From Candidatus Hadarchaeota archaeon (lineage in GTDB: Archaea; Hadarchaeota; Hadarchaeia; Hadarchaeales; JAGGTB01): a DNA stretch of 64,000 nucleotides. Each line of letters begins with the position of its first letter. Within the stretch, counting starts at the first letter, position 1. A model generated the notes under the pieces. That model saw only the letters and a program-made list of their open reading frames with translations, was not told the DNA's origin and made no database searches. A program made the position numbers and the translations under genes. The stretch covers positions 1 to 64,000 of the forward strand of contig CAYLJV010000005.1 in NCBI GenBank assembly GCA_964384105.1, given 5' to 3'. This document shows, in pieces, positions 18,033-27,178 of this stretch.

Positions 18033-19928
18033 CTATTTCAGTCCTTTAAGGGCTTCTTGATCTGAGATTATTCTCAACCCTCTCAGTACTTCTTGATCGG
18101 TAATTGGTATTCTGGGTTCTAGAACTGGGGTTATCTGTTTCTCTTTTCCGTTAACGTCTACGAAGCTCCCGCTTCTTTCGAACCAATCCAAAGCAGGTAG
18201 CACTATATCCGCTAGTTCTGTTAATTTTGAATGTCTTGCAGCTTGTACTATCACGGAATCAGCCCCTTCTGCCACGTTTAGCATTCCTTCGAGCTCCTCT
18301 TCTCGATAATCTGAGGCGAATATGTATGCTGTATCAGCGGATTCGTGCAAAATGTCTGTTTTTATATCTTTAAAAGCCTGATTTGAAGCGGAGTTTAGAT
18401 CCATTACTCTGGATTTCGTTAACATGGATAAGCGTGATATACTGATTAGTGACTCTTCGTCTTTAACACTTGGACCAGTAACTATCATATTAGCTCCTTC
18501 TTTTATGCTTGAACACAGTTCGGTTATTTCTTCCTGCCCTGCGTCTATTTTTTCTAGGAGTTCTTCCGGCAGTTCCGAGGCGTTTTCTAGATTTTCTTCG
18601 ATCATCTTTATGACGGCTTTGTTGAGGGAAGAAACAGATTCCTCGAGATTTTCCAATTTGATAGAGAGGTTGGAGTATCTCCCAAATTTATCTTCTCCTG
18701 AGTCTATGGTAACGAGTTTAGCTCCTCCTTTTGAAGCTCTTCTTATAAATGAGCTAAGTATTGGTTCAGATTCCAGTATGCTGGTATCATAAACTATTAT
18801 CGTATCAGTGGTCAGGACGGCGGATGTGGAGGAGGCGATAACTTGCCGTTCCATAGTTTCTGCTCCCATGTCTCTGAGCATTTCGTCTTTGATTCTTTCC
18901 TTTTCAGTCCCGGGAATGTCGAAGTGGGCTCCGAATTCCTTCATTATCTGATGGAAAAGTACCATCGTTTCGGTAGGCAGCCTGTCTGAGGATACGGCGT
19001 TAACTCTATCTGATCCTCTCAGTATTTGAGAAACTCTTTTAAGCGCTTCTTCAAGATTAAGCTTCTTCTTATTTCCGTTATCTTTTATATGAGCTGCCTT
19101 TATGCGAGCTCTATCATCTATTAATGACTCGAATCTTCCTTTTACACAGAGCTGCCCGCCTGAAGGCTTATCTAGCTCGTTGCCTTCCACTCTAACTAGG
19201 TTGCCGGTTCTGGTCAACACGTCTATTCCACAACCTTCGCTGCAGAAAGAACAGACTGTCTCCACTTTTTCGCAGTCTTCGGGACTCCCTTTGAAGAGAC
19301 TGTGTTTGTCCCATAAAGTTCCGGTCGGACAAGCCTGTACACAGGCTCCACATGAAATGCAAGAGGAATCTCCAAGGGGACGATTGTCATCGGCAATTAT
19401 TTTGGCTTTAAACCCTCTCCTACCGATATTAAGAGTATCATTAGCTACTATCTCTTTACAGACTCTTACACATCTTTCGCATAGTATGCATCTGTTGTGT
19501 TCTTGGATTATATGTGGATGAGATCCATCTACATCCTTTTTTTCAAAGCTTGGGTAGAATCCTAGTCTGTCTAACCCCCCTCTTTTGAATAAATCTTGAA
19601 GTTCGCAATCATCATCCGCCTCACAGTACATGCAGTAGTGACTGTCTTCGGCCTTTAAGAGATCTAGTAGGTCTCTTCTATGTCTCCAGAGTTCTTCCGT
19701 GTCTGTTTTTATCTCCATTCCGTGTTCGGCAGGTGTAGTACATGAAGGTACAAATCTTCCTCCGTCAACTTCTACCAGACACATCCTACAAGCTCCAACA
19801 TCTTCTACAGGTTCGTAGTGACACAAAGTTGGGACGTTTATGCCTCCTTTCTTACAGACATCGAGAATGGTATCCCCGTCGGAACCTTTTACTTCCTTCC
19901 CATTTATCGTGAGGGTAATCTCACCCAT
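18033..19928 (-). CDS. hoxU: HoxU/NuoG-like Fe-S subunit with C-terminal degenerate molybdopterin-oxidoreductase domain
   Basis: PTLCH..CRMCLVE, HYCMYC, CILCERC, CISCGACVQACP, CSFCSEGC..LCVKG, DIVLPA. Confidence 0.8.
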   Translation of the reverse strand: MGEITLTINGKEVKGSDGDTILDVCKKGGINVPTLCHYEPVEDVGACRMCLVEVDGGRFVPSCTTPAEHGMEIKTDTEELWRHRRDLLDLLKAEDSHYCMYCEADDDCELQDLFKRGGLDRLGFYPSFEKKDVDGSHPHIIQEHNRCILCERCVRVCKEIVANDTLNIGRRGFKAKIIADDNRPLGDSSCISCGACVQACPTGTLWDKHSLFKGSPEDCEKVETVCSFCSEGCGIDVLTRTGNLVRVEGNELDKPSGGQLCVKGRFESLIDDRARIKAAHIKDNGNKKKLNLEEALKRVSQILRGSDRVNAVSSDRLPTETMVLFHQIMKEFGAHFDIPGTEKERIKDEMLRDMGAETMERQVIASSTSAVLTTDTIIVYDTSILESEPILSSFIRRASKGGAKLVTIDSGEDKFGRYSNLSIKLENLEESVSSLNKAVIKMIEENLENASELPEELLEKIDAGQEEITELCSSIKEGANMIVTGPSVKDEESLISISRLSMLTKSRVMDLNSASNQAFKDIKTDILHESADTAYIFASDYREEELEGMLNVAEGADSVIVQAARHSKLTELADIVLPALDWFERSGSFVDVNGKEKQITPVLEPRIPITDQEVLRGLRIISDQEALKGLK

Positions 19929-21644
19929 TTATTTTCCCTCCTCCATCTCCTTTTTGAATCCTATACATTGTCCCGCTGGGCAATGGAGCACCTTATCTTT
20001 TACGTGGGCATCATATTCGTCTTGATATCGTTTTATTGTACTTAGAACAGGATTCGGAGCAGTCTGTCCAAGTCCACATAGAGACGCTTTTTTCATAGTG
20101 TCGGCCAGAGACTTTAGTCGATCTACATCCTCTGGTTTTCCTTCCCCTTGTGTTATTCTCTCTAAAATTTCAAGACTCTTTTTAGTACCTTTTCTGCAGG
20201 GTGTACATTTTCCACAGGATTCTTCTCTGAGGAATTCGAAGAAGAAACGAGCTAGTTCTACCACACAGGTATCGTTATCTATGACTATCATTCCCCCTGA
20301 TCCCATTATCGAACCCAGTTCTTGGAGCTTTTCGTAGTCTACGGGTGTATCGAATTCACTCTTTGGGATTACTCCACCTGAAGGTCCTCCAGTCTGGACT
20401 GCCTTTGTCCTTTCTTTATCTGCATCTCCTATTGTGAAAACTATATCTCCTATTTTTGTACCCATTGGAACTTCTACCAGTCCCGTGTTTTCAACGTCTC
20501 CGGTCAATGAGAATACTTTGGTTCCCCCACTTTTTTCAGTTCCTATAGAAGCGAACCAGTTTGCTCCTTTATCTAGTATCTTTGGCACGTTGGCCCATGT
20601 TTCTACATTGTTTATGTTTGTGGGTTTTCCCCAGACTCCGGAAATTGCAGGATAAGGAGGTTTGGGTCTCGGCATTCCTCTTTTCGATTCTATGGATGCT
20701 ATTAATGCAGTTTCTTCACCACAGACGAAAGCACCAGCTCCTTTTTTCATTTCGATGTCGAAGCTTAGTTCTTGGCCCATAATGTTTTCTCCAAGAAGAC
20801 CATACTCACGGGCTATCTCTAAGGATTTTTGCAGACGTCTGACGGCTACGGGATATTCGGCCCTCACATATAGATATCCCTTAGTTGCTCCGGTAGCGTA
20901 AGCACCGACAGTCATTCCTTCTAAAACTGCGAAGGGGTCTCCCTCTAGGACGCTTCTGTCCATATACGCACCGGGGTCCCCCTCATCCGCGTTGCAGATT
21001 AGATATTTTGGTTCACCTTGGGCTTTCTGGACGAATTCCCATTTGATACCAGTGGGGAAACCGGCGCCACCTCTACCTCTAAGGTTAGATTCTTTTATTT
21101 CCTCGATTACTCCTTTGGGTTTATACAGAGTAAGTGCTTTCAGCAGTCCTGAGTAACCGCCTTGGGCCACATATTCGGATAGACTGGTTGGATCGATTAT
21201 TCCACTGTTTTTTAGCACGATTTTATTTTGAAGGCGATAGAAGTCGATAGAGTTGATTTCCGGAAGATTTGAAAACTCTTTACCTCCGTCGGTATTTTTT
21301 CTGACTCCGAGAACGTTTTCTTTTAGAGTTTTTCCTTTTTTTAGTGCACTGGCTATCCTTTTTGCATCTTCGGTAGTCACTCTTTGATAGATTGCAGAGT
21401 TTCCATCTGGTTTTATTATTTCTACTAAGGGCTCTCTTGAACAGAAGCCTAGACAACCTGTTTTACCGACTGTAAATTCTTCTTCCTCTCCAAGTTCTTC
21501 TTTCAAAAGCTTAAAAACACCATCGGCTCCTGCTGCTTTTCCGCAGGAGGCGAGACCTACCAATATTTTTGTTTTGTCTGGCTGGAGGGATTTCTCACCC
21601 TCTTCTTTTAATTTATTTAAATCTTCTTCAGAAGTTATTTTCAT
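19929..21644 (-). CDS. hoxF: HoxF/NuoF-like NADH/FMN-binding subunit
   Basis: RGRGGAGFPTG, NADEGDPGAYMDR, GAFVCGEETAL, ESCGKCTPCR. Confidence 0.92.
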   Translation of the reverse strand: MKITSEEDLNKLKEEGEKSLQPDKTKILVGLASCGKAAGADGVFKLLKEELGEEEEFTVGKTGCLGFCSREPLVEIIKPDGNSAIYQRVTTEDAKRIASALKKGKTLKENVLGVRKNTDGGKEFSNLPEINSIDFYRLQNKIVLKNSGIIDPTSLSEYVAQGGYSGLLKALTLYKPKGVIEEIKESNLRGRGGAGFPTGIKWEFVQKAQGEPKYLICNADEGDPGAYMDRSVLEGDPFAVLEGMTVGAYATGATKGYLYVRAEYPVAVRRLQKSLEIAREYGLLGENIMGQELSFDIEMKKGAGAFVCGEETALIASIESKRGMPRPKPPYPAISGVWGKPTNINNVETWANVPKILDKGANWFASIGTEKSGGTKVFSLTGDVENTGLVEVPMGTKIGDIVFTIGDADKERTKAVQTGGPSGGVIPKSEFDTPVDYEKLQELGSIMGSGGMIVIDNDTCVVELARFFFEFLREESCGKCTPCRKGTKKSLEILERITQGEGKPEDVDRLKSLADTMKKASLCGLGQTAPNPVLSTIKRYQDEYDAHVKDKVLHCPAGQCIGFKKEMEEGK

Positions 21645-22123
21645 TTATATTTCTCCAGTATATCAGGGATTTTTTCTCGGGTTAAGTTTCCATGAACGTC
21701 CTCGTCAATCATTATGACTGGGGCGAGACTACAACAACCCAGACATCTTACTGTGGCGAGTGTAAAATTCCCATCTTCTGTAACCTCGCCGGGTATAATG
21801 TTTAATTCGCTTTGTAACTCTTCGAGTATTTCATCGGCTCCTTTTATGTGGCAGGCTGTCCCTTGACAGACTCTAATTGTGTGTTCCCCTTGGGGTTCTA
21901 ATTGAAATTGTGAATAAAAAGTTGCTACTCCATATACGTCTGCAGGTGGGATTTTGAAATCTTCTGATATATAGTCAAGTGCTTCCTTTGGTAGGTATCC
22001 GAACCTTTTTTGAACAGTTTGAAGGGCGGGAATAAGAGACTCTCTATCTCGGGGTAACTCGGATAGAGTTTCTTCAATATCTTCTTTCATATCTTTATCT
22101 TCTACTTTACAGGAGGAATCCAT
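21641..22123 (-). CDS. hoxE: HoxE/NuoE-like 2Fe-2S subunit
   Basis: GVATFY, CQGTACH, CLGCCSLAP. Confidence 0.92.
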   Translation of the reverse strand: MDSSCKVEDKDMKEDIEETLSELPRDRESLIPALQTVQKRFGYLPKEALDYISEDFKIPPADVYGVATFYSQFQLEPQGEHTIRVCQGTACHIKGADEILEELQSELNIIPGEVTEDGNFTLATVRCLGCCSLAPVIMIDEDVHGNLTREKIPDILEKYK

Positions 22124-22316
22124 GGAATTTACCTTCTCTTGAGGGTGCTTCAGTAAGTTTTCGTTCTTTCCTCCGATTTTATCATATAAAAATACTAGGT
22201 AGACTATCTATGATTGCTAACTTTCTATTTTGGTTTATAAGTTCTTTGTGAATACTTTCACCTACCCCTTACGAAAAACGACTTTTAATAAGACAGTAAA
22301 TTTCACATCAAGGACT

Positions 22317-23123
22317 ATGAGAAGTTACTATAAAAAAAAGGGAATTAAAAGGGCCATATTGGATTTTGCTTATTCTGGGAATCCTACTCCACTTAGAGAG
22401 AGTGCTTTTTATAATGAGAATATAGGAGGAATCCAACGCCATCTCCCGGGGGATGAGAATGGCTCAACATTAGTGATAGATTCAGAGGAAAAATTTTCTA
22501 AAGTGCTGAGGGCAGGGGCAATTTCCTTTTATTTCTCTTATTGGCGTTATGAAGACCCATTTTCTACATCTGAAATAAGAGGAAGGGATCTAGTTTGGTC
22601 TTTGAGGGCTAAAAAGGGGGGCCTTACTGCAGCTAAAGAGGTTACTAATCTTTTTGTGAATTTTCTTGAGGAGGAAGGTTTTTTCAATCCACTTATCAAG
22701 TATTCGGGAGAAGTAGGTTTCGATATCGTGATTCCTTTAGAAGATGTTCAGACTACTTCCCCGAATGATCTGGATTTTCTCTCTAAAGTTCATAGAGATT
22801 TGACGGGGTGTGCTTCTGATTACATTTTATCTAATTCTTCTTTCGGTGTCGAGAATAATGGATTTGAACTCAAGCTAAAAGGCAGAATGGGCACCTGCCT
22901 CCTTACCGAGCTCAGATGGAGGAGAGGCTTACTTCTCGCGCCAATGAGCCTCCATCCTAGCTCGGGATTAGTTTCGGTTCCTCTTTTCCCTGAAGAATTG
23001 AATGATTTTTCGATAGTTGAAGCGAGTCCTAAGAAGGTACAACCTAGAAAATGGTCCATGTCCAAGTTTTTGAGTGAGAGAACGGAATATGTGAATAGTC
23101 CTCCTGTTCTATTGGAAGCTTAA
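22317..23123 (+). CDS. Divergent, probably inactive AEP (PriS-like) primase homolog
   Basis: GRDLVWSL, IKYSGEVGFDIVIP and LLLAPMSLHPSSGLVSVP resemble AEP motifs with catalytic residues lost; ATG at 22317. Confidence 0.6.
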   Translation: MRSYYKKKGIKRAILDFAYSGNPTPLRESAFYNENIGGIQRHLPGDENGSTLVIDSEEKFSKVLRAGAISFYFSYWRYEDPFSTSEIRGRDLVWSLRAKKGGLTAAKEVTNLFVNFLEEEGFFNPLIKYSGEVGFDIVIPLEDVQTTSPNDLDFLSKVHRDLTGCASDYILSNSSFGVENNGFELKLKGRMGTCLLTELRWRRGLLLAPMSLHPSSGLVSVPLFPEELNDFSIVEASPKKVQPRKWSMSKFLSERTEYVNSPPVLLEA

Positions 23124-23155
23124 ACTTTTTTATCAAATCAAATAAATGAGCAATC

Positions 23156-23788
23156 ATGTTGGACTTAACTTCTAAAATAGAGGACTTGAAAAAGTCTGAT
23201 ATCAGAGAGACTGTTGAAGATCGTATAAAAACTTTTGACTTAATCAGAGAGAAGGGAGATAACAGATGGTTTTCGGAGTTGTCTTTCTGTATTTTGACAG
23301 CGAACTCTTCAGCTCAGCTTGGACTAGATATTCAGAAGGGTCTGGGAGTCGAGGGTTTCATAGATCTTCCGGAATATGAGCTTAAAGAGAAAATGAGAGA
23401 TTATGGTCATAGGTTTCATCGAACGAGGTCTGAGTATATTTTGGAAGCAAGGAAGTATTCAGATAACATAAAAGAAATTATCACAAGTTTCTCAAATTCA
23501 GGAGAATCCAGACGATGGCTTGTTGAAAACGTTAAAGGCATTGGATATAAAGAAGGAAGTCACTTTCTCAGGAATGTGGGATATAGAGACCTTGCTATTT
23601 TAGACCGCCATGTTCTAAGAGTATTAGAAAGAGCGGGTCTAATAGAATGTGTTCCCAAGACTTTGACAAAAAGGAGATATCTCTCGATAGAGAAAGAAGT
23701 CGAGACGCTAGTTGAAGAAGTTGATCTCTCCCTTGCCGAAATCGATCTATATATCTGGTATATGAGCACGGGAAAGGTACTAAAATAG
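23156..23788 (+). CDS. ogg: 8-oxoguanine DNA glycosylase/lyase (OGG2 family)
   Basis: FSELSFCILTAN, KGIGYKEGSHFLRNVG, AILDRH, C-terminal TGKVLK. Confidence 0.92.
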   Translation: MLDLTSKIEDLKKSDIRETVEDRIKTFDLIREKGDNRWFSELSFCILTANSSAQLGLDIQKGLGVEGFIDLPEYELKEKMRDYGHRFHRTRSEYILEARKYSDNIKEIITSFSNSGESRRWLVENVKGIGYKEGSHFLRNVGYRDLAILDRHVLRVLERAGLIECVPKTLTKRRYLSIEKEVETLVEEVDLSLAEIDLYIWYMSTGKVLK

Positions 23789-23870
23789 TTAGATATGGTC
23801 ATTCTGGTTCCTATACTAAAAGCCTTCTTATACGATTTACTATTAAATTTGAGTGTCTTGGGATGTTTGA

Positions 23871-25061
23871 ATGAAGTACGTTTTGGTTATTGGAGATGGA
23901 ATGGCAGATCGTCCTATTGAAGAGCTTGGAGGTAAGACACCCCTTCAAGTGGCGAAGAAACCAAGTATGGATTGGGTAGCCTCTAAGGGCAAGAGCGGTT
24001 TTTTGAAAAATGTTCCCGATGAAATGAAGCCTAATTCCGATGTTGCTATAATGTCGTTAATGGGATATGACCCACTCAAATATTATACAGGAAGGGGACC
24101 TCTTGAAGCCGCGGGAATGGACATTACGCTAGACGCGGAGGATGTGGCATTCAGGTGTAACCTAATAACTGAAGAAGATAACCGAATTTTGGATTATAGT
24201 GCAGGCCATATTTCAACCACAGAAGCGGAAGAGCTTATTTCTCTTATAGACAAAAAAACACCCGTTGGTAAGTTTTATCCGGGCGTTGATTACAGGCATC
24301 TTCTTTTGATTAAATATCCTTCCCAGGATATCGAAGAAATGATTTCTACCCCTCCCCATGATGTGATTGGAGAGGATTTTGAAGAGAATTTATTAAAGCC
24401 GAAAGAAATGGAAATAGCTAGAATTCTAAACGATTTTATTTTAGACTCAAGGGAAATAATTTCGGATCACCCAATAAATCGGGATAGAGTTAAAAATGGA
24501 AAGAGGCCAGCTAATTCAATTTGGCTGTGGGGCCAGGGTAGAAAACCAGATTTTGAACCTTTTTTGGATAGATATGGAGTTAAAGGGGCAGTCATATCAG
24601 CGGTTACTTTGGTAAAAGGATTGGGGAAGCTTGCCGGAATGGATAGTATAGATGTTCCTGGAGCGACCGGTTATTATGATACGGATTACGAAAGTAAAGC
24701 AGATTATGCTTTGAAAGCTTTGGATGAGCACGATCTGGTTATAGTTCATGTTGAGGCACCTGATGAAGCGGGTCACTCTGGAGATATTAAACGTAAAATT
24801 GAAGCTATAGAAAATTTAGATGAAAGACTATTGAAGAGGATATTGGATAATATTGAAGATGAATATACTATAGTGGTTACAGCTGACCACCCTACCCCAA
24901 TAAGCGTTAAAAATCACGTTTCAGATCCTGTACCCTTTTGTTTTTTCTCTAGTCGAGAAAATTCAGATGGTTTGGGTTCTTTTGATGAAGAATCTGCTTT
25001 GAGGGGTTCAGAAGGAGTTTTAAATGGACATGAACTTATGAGAAGGATAATCGATTCTTAA
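23871..25061 (+). CDS. apgM: Cofactor-independent phosphoglycerate mutase family protein (ApgM; possibly homoserine-kinase-like)
   Basis: GDGMAD, TPL, GRGPLEA, HVEAPDEAGH, DHPTP. Confidence 0.85.
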   Translation: MKYVLVIGDGMADRPIEELGGKTPLQVAKKPSMDWVASKGKSGFLKNVPDEMKPNSDVAIMSLMGYDPLKYYTGRGPLEAAGMDITLDAEDVAFRCNLITEEDNRILDYSAGHISTTEAEELISLIDKKTPVGKFYPGVDYRHLLLIKYPSQDIEEMISTPPHDVIGEDFEENLLKPKEMEIARILNDFILDSREIISDHPINRDRVKNGKRPANSIWLWGQGRKPDFEPFLDRYGVKGAVISAVTLVKGLGKLAGMDSIDVPGATGYYDTDYESKADYALKALDEHDLVIVHVEAPDEAGHSGDIKRKIEAIENLDERLLKRILDNIEDEYTIVVTADHPTPISVKNHVSDPVPFCFFSSRENSDGLGSFDEESALRGSEGVLNGHELMRRIIDS

Positions 25062-25137
25062 ATTTTTAATTTTAGGAGTTTGCGTCTAAATAAAAAATCA
25101 AATAAAGCTATAAGACTCACAATAGTAAGGTGTTCGA

Positions 25138-25635
25138 TTGAGAGCAAGATTGGAGATGGAACTGGAAGACGTGCCAGGCCAGCTGGTAAATGTTCTTGAG
25201 CCAATCTCAAGATTGGGGGCTAATATCCAGAATATAGTTCACAAGAGAGAAGAAAAGACACCTCTCGGTAAGGTACCAATCACGATTCTTTTGGAATTAG
25301 AGAGTAAAAAACTGCTCGATAAGATTGTGGAAGAATTAGAGGAGAGAGGGGCTCGGATAGTTAGAGTTGGGGAGGAGAAGGCGGCCACTTCTACTGTTCT
25401 TCTTCTAATTGGTGATATTCTTCAGACGGATATGCGAGATTCGGTATTGAGACTAAATTCAATTGATGGGGCTAGGATTTCTAATCTGAGCATGGCTATT
25501 GGCGAGTCAGATGAAGAAAATTCGGCTCGGATTATAGTGGAAGCTAGGAACGAGGAAGTTCTTAAGAAAACAGTTTCTAGAATGAAGAATATAGCAAAGG
25601 AAAAAGATCTTTTATTGATTGAGACTTTAGGGTGA
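25138..25635 (+). CDS. ACT-domain protein, probable regulatory subunit of homoserine dehydrogenase
   Basis: LEDVPGQLVNVLEPISRLGANI; directly upstream of hom. Confidence 0.85.
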   Translation: MRARLEMELEDVPGQLVNVLEPISRLGANIQNIVHKREEKTPLGKVPITILLELESKKLLDKIVEELEERGARIVRVGEEKAATSTVLLLIGDILQTDMRDSVLRLNSIDGARISNLSMAIGESDEENSARIIVEARNEEVLKKTVSRMKNIAKEKDLLLIETLG

Positions 25636-25639
25636 TTTT

Positions 25640-26650
25640 TTGAAACTAGCTTTGATTGGATATGGTAATCTGGGGAAAGGACTATCTAAGATTCTATTGG
25701 AGAAGAAGGAGTATCTGAAGAAATACAAGGGATTCGATCCTAAAGTAGTTGCCGCAGTGGATACTAAGGGGGCGGCTATGGATCCAAATGGGCTCGATTT
25801 AGGTGAATTACTGGAAGTTTCAGAGGAGAAAGGAACAGTCACAGCTTATGGGGGTGCAGAAGAGGGTGTCTCTTCTTTCGATGTAATACAGGATGCTGAT
25901 TACGATATTTTAGTGGAACTTACTCCGACAGATATTGACGAGGGTGAGCCAGGACTTTCTCACATAAAAGAGGCGATGAATCGTGAGAGACACGTTGTAA
26001 CTTCCAATAAAGGTCCACTCGTAGTTTCTTTCCATGAGTTAGAAACCCTTTCAGAGGAAAAGAAAATCGAGTTCAGATACTCCGCTACGGTTGGTGGCGC
26101 TGTTCCAATAATCGGCCTGGCTCAGAAACAGCTGTATGGAGATACTATTCAAGAGATTAGAGGTGTTTTGAATGGGACTACGAATTATGTTCTTACTAGA
26201 ATGGCAGAAGAGGGAACACCTTTCGATGTGATTCTACATGAGGCCCAAGAACTAGGAATAGCTGAAAAGGATCCAACTCTCGATATTGAAGGTATTGATA
26301 CTGCTTCTAAAATGACCATATTAACGAATGCGTTGTTGGATAGAAAGGTGGGTCTCGATGACGTAAGTGTTGAAGGTATCACTCGGATTGGTCCGGAGGT
26401 CTTAAGACTAGCTAAAGATACCGGAAAAGAGGTTCGACTGGTGGGAATAGCTAGTTCCGATACTTTAGAAGTAGCACCAAAGCTTGTTCCTTCTGGTAAT
26501 CCTCTAGCAGTAACGGGTACTTTAAACTCCGTTACTTTGGAGACGGACCTTGCTAGAGAGGTTACTATAACCGGTTTTGGAGCAGGACCAATAGAGACTT
26601 CTAGTTCTATACTATCTGATATAGTGGATGTATATCTCTCTGTTAGGTAA
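25640..26650 (+). CDS. hom: Homoserine dehydrogenase
   Basis: GYGNLG, VTSNKGP, ATVGGAVP, LNGTTNY, GAGPIET. Confidence 0.95.
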   Translation: MKLALIGYGNLGKGLSKILLEKKEYLKKYKGFDPKVVAAVDTKGAAMDPNGLDLGELLEVSEEKGTVTAYGGAEEGVSSFDVIQDADYDILVELTPTDIDEGEPGLSHIKEAMNRERHVVTSNKGPLVVSFHELETLSEEKKIEFRYSATVGGAVPIIGLAQKQLYGDTIQEIRGVLNGTTNYVLTRMAEEGTPFDVILHEAQELGIAEKDPTLDIEGIDTASKMTILTNALLDRKVGLDDVSVEGITRIGPEVLRLAKDTGKEVRLVGIASSDTLEVAPKLVPSGNPLAVTGTLNSVTLETDLAREVTITGFGAGPIETSSSILSDIVDVYLSVR

Positions 26651-26806
26651 TGAGAGAGTGTCTTTAACTTCCGGAGATTTGGATATGTTTTGGTATTCTA
26701 TTTTTAGTGAAGATTCTCATTTATCTCGCCCAAAAAGAACGATTTAAAATTCGGTTTTTCTCCGATCCCCCTCAATTTTCAAAAACCGAGAACCTTTATT
26801 TCCAGT

Positions 26807-26819
26807 GTTTCGAGTGGAA
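26807..26819 (-). promoter_or_regulatory. Mini-ORB upstream of the mcm operon
   Basis: Reverse complement TTCCACTCGAAAC is identical to the core of the ORB at 12700-12712. Confidence 0.6.
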
Positions 26820-27178
26820 GACCGGAAATTAGATTTTCATTTTCTGAATAAATGGGATTTTTGGTTTCTTTCTCTTCCGAATAGGAGGAGGATTTTTTCT
26901 GGGAAAAGAGAGTTTTTTTACTTTCACTCACCCCTCCCAGAAAAGCTATTCAATTTTTCTTGGAACAAAGAACTATCAGCTCTCAATTTGGTGAATAGAG
27001 TGAATGTTTTCAATTTGGTGTCGGGGTCAAAGACTTTGAGTGGGTGTTGTTTTGTGCTTTCGGTTAATGATGATAGTAAAATAATTTCACAAATTTCAGA
27101 AAAAGGTGTAATCTTTACACCCAAATCTCATAAAAAGGATAACGAAAATTTCGTTCATGCAGTCGGAGGCTGAGGAAT

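Noticed and set aside
26805-27173. 122-aa ORF upstream of mcm
   Set aside because: Phe-rich composition typical of T-rich intergenic DNA, no motifs; more likely a regulatory leader
26651-27178. This gap as the main oriC because it precedes mcm-cdc6-polD
   Set aside because: Only one ORB core without a G-string and no visible compositional switch; the 12.6-kb site has both
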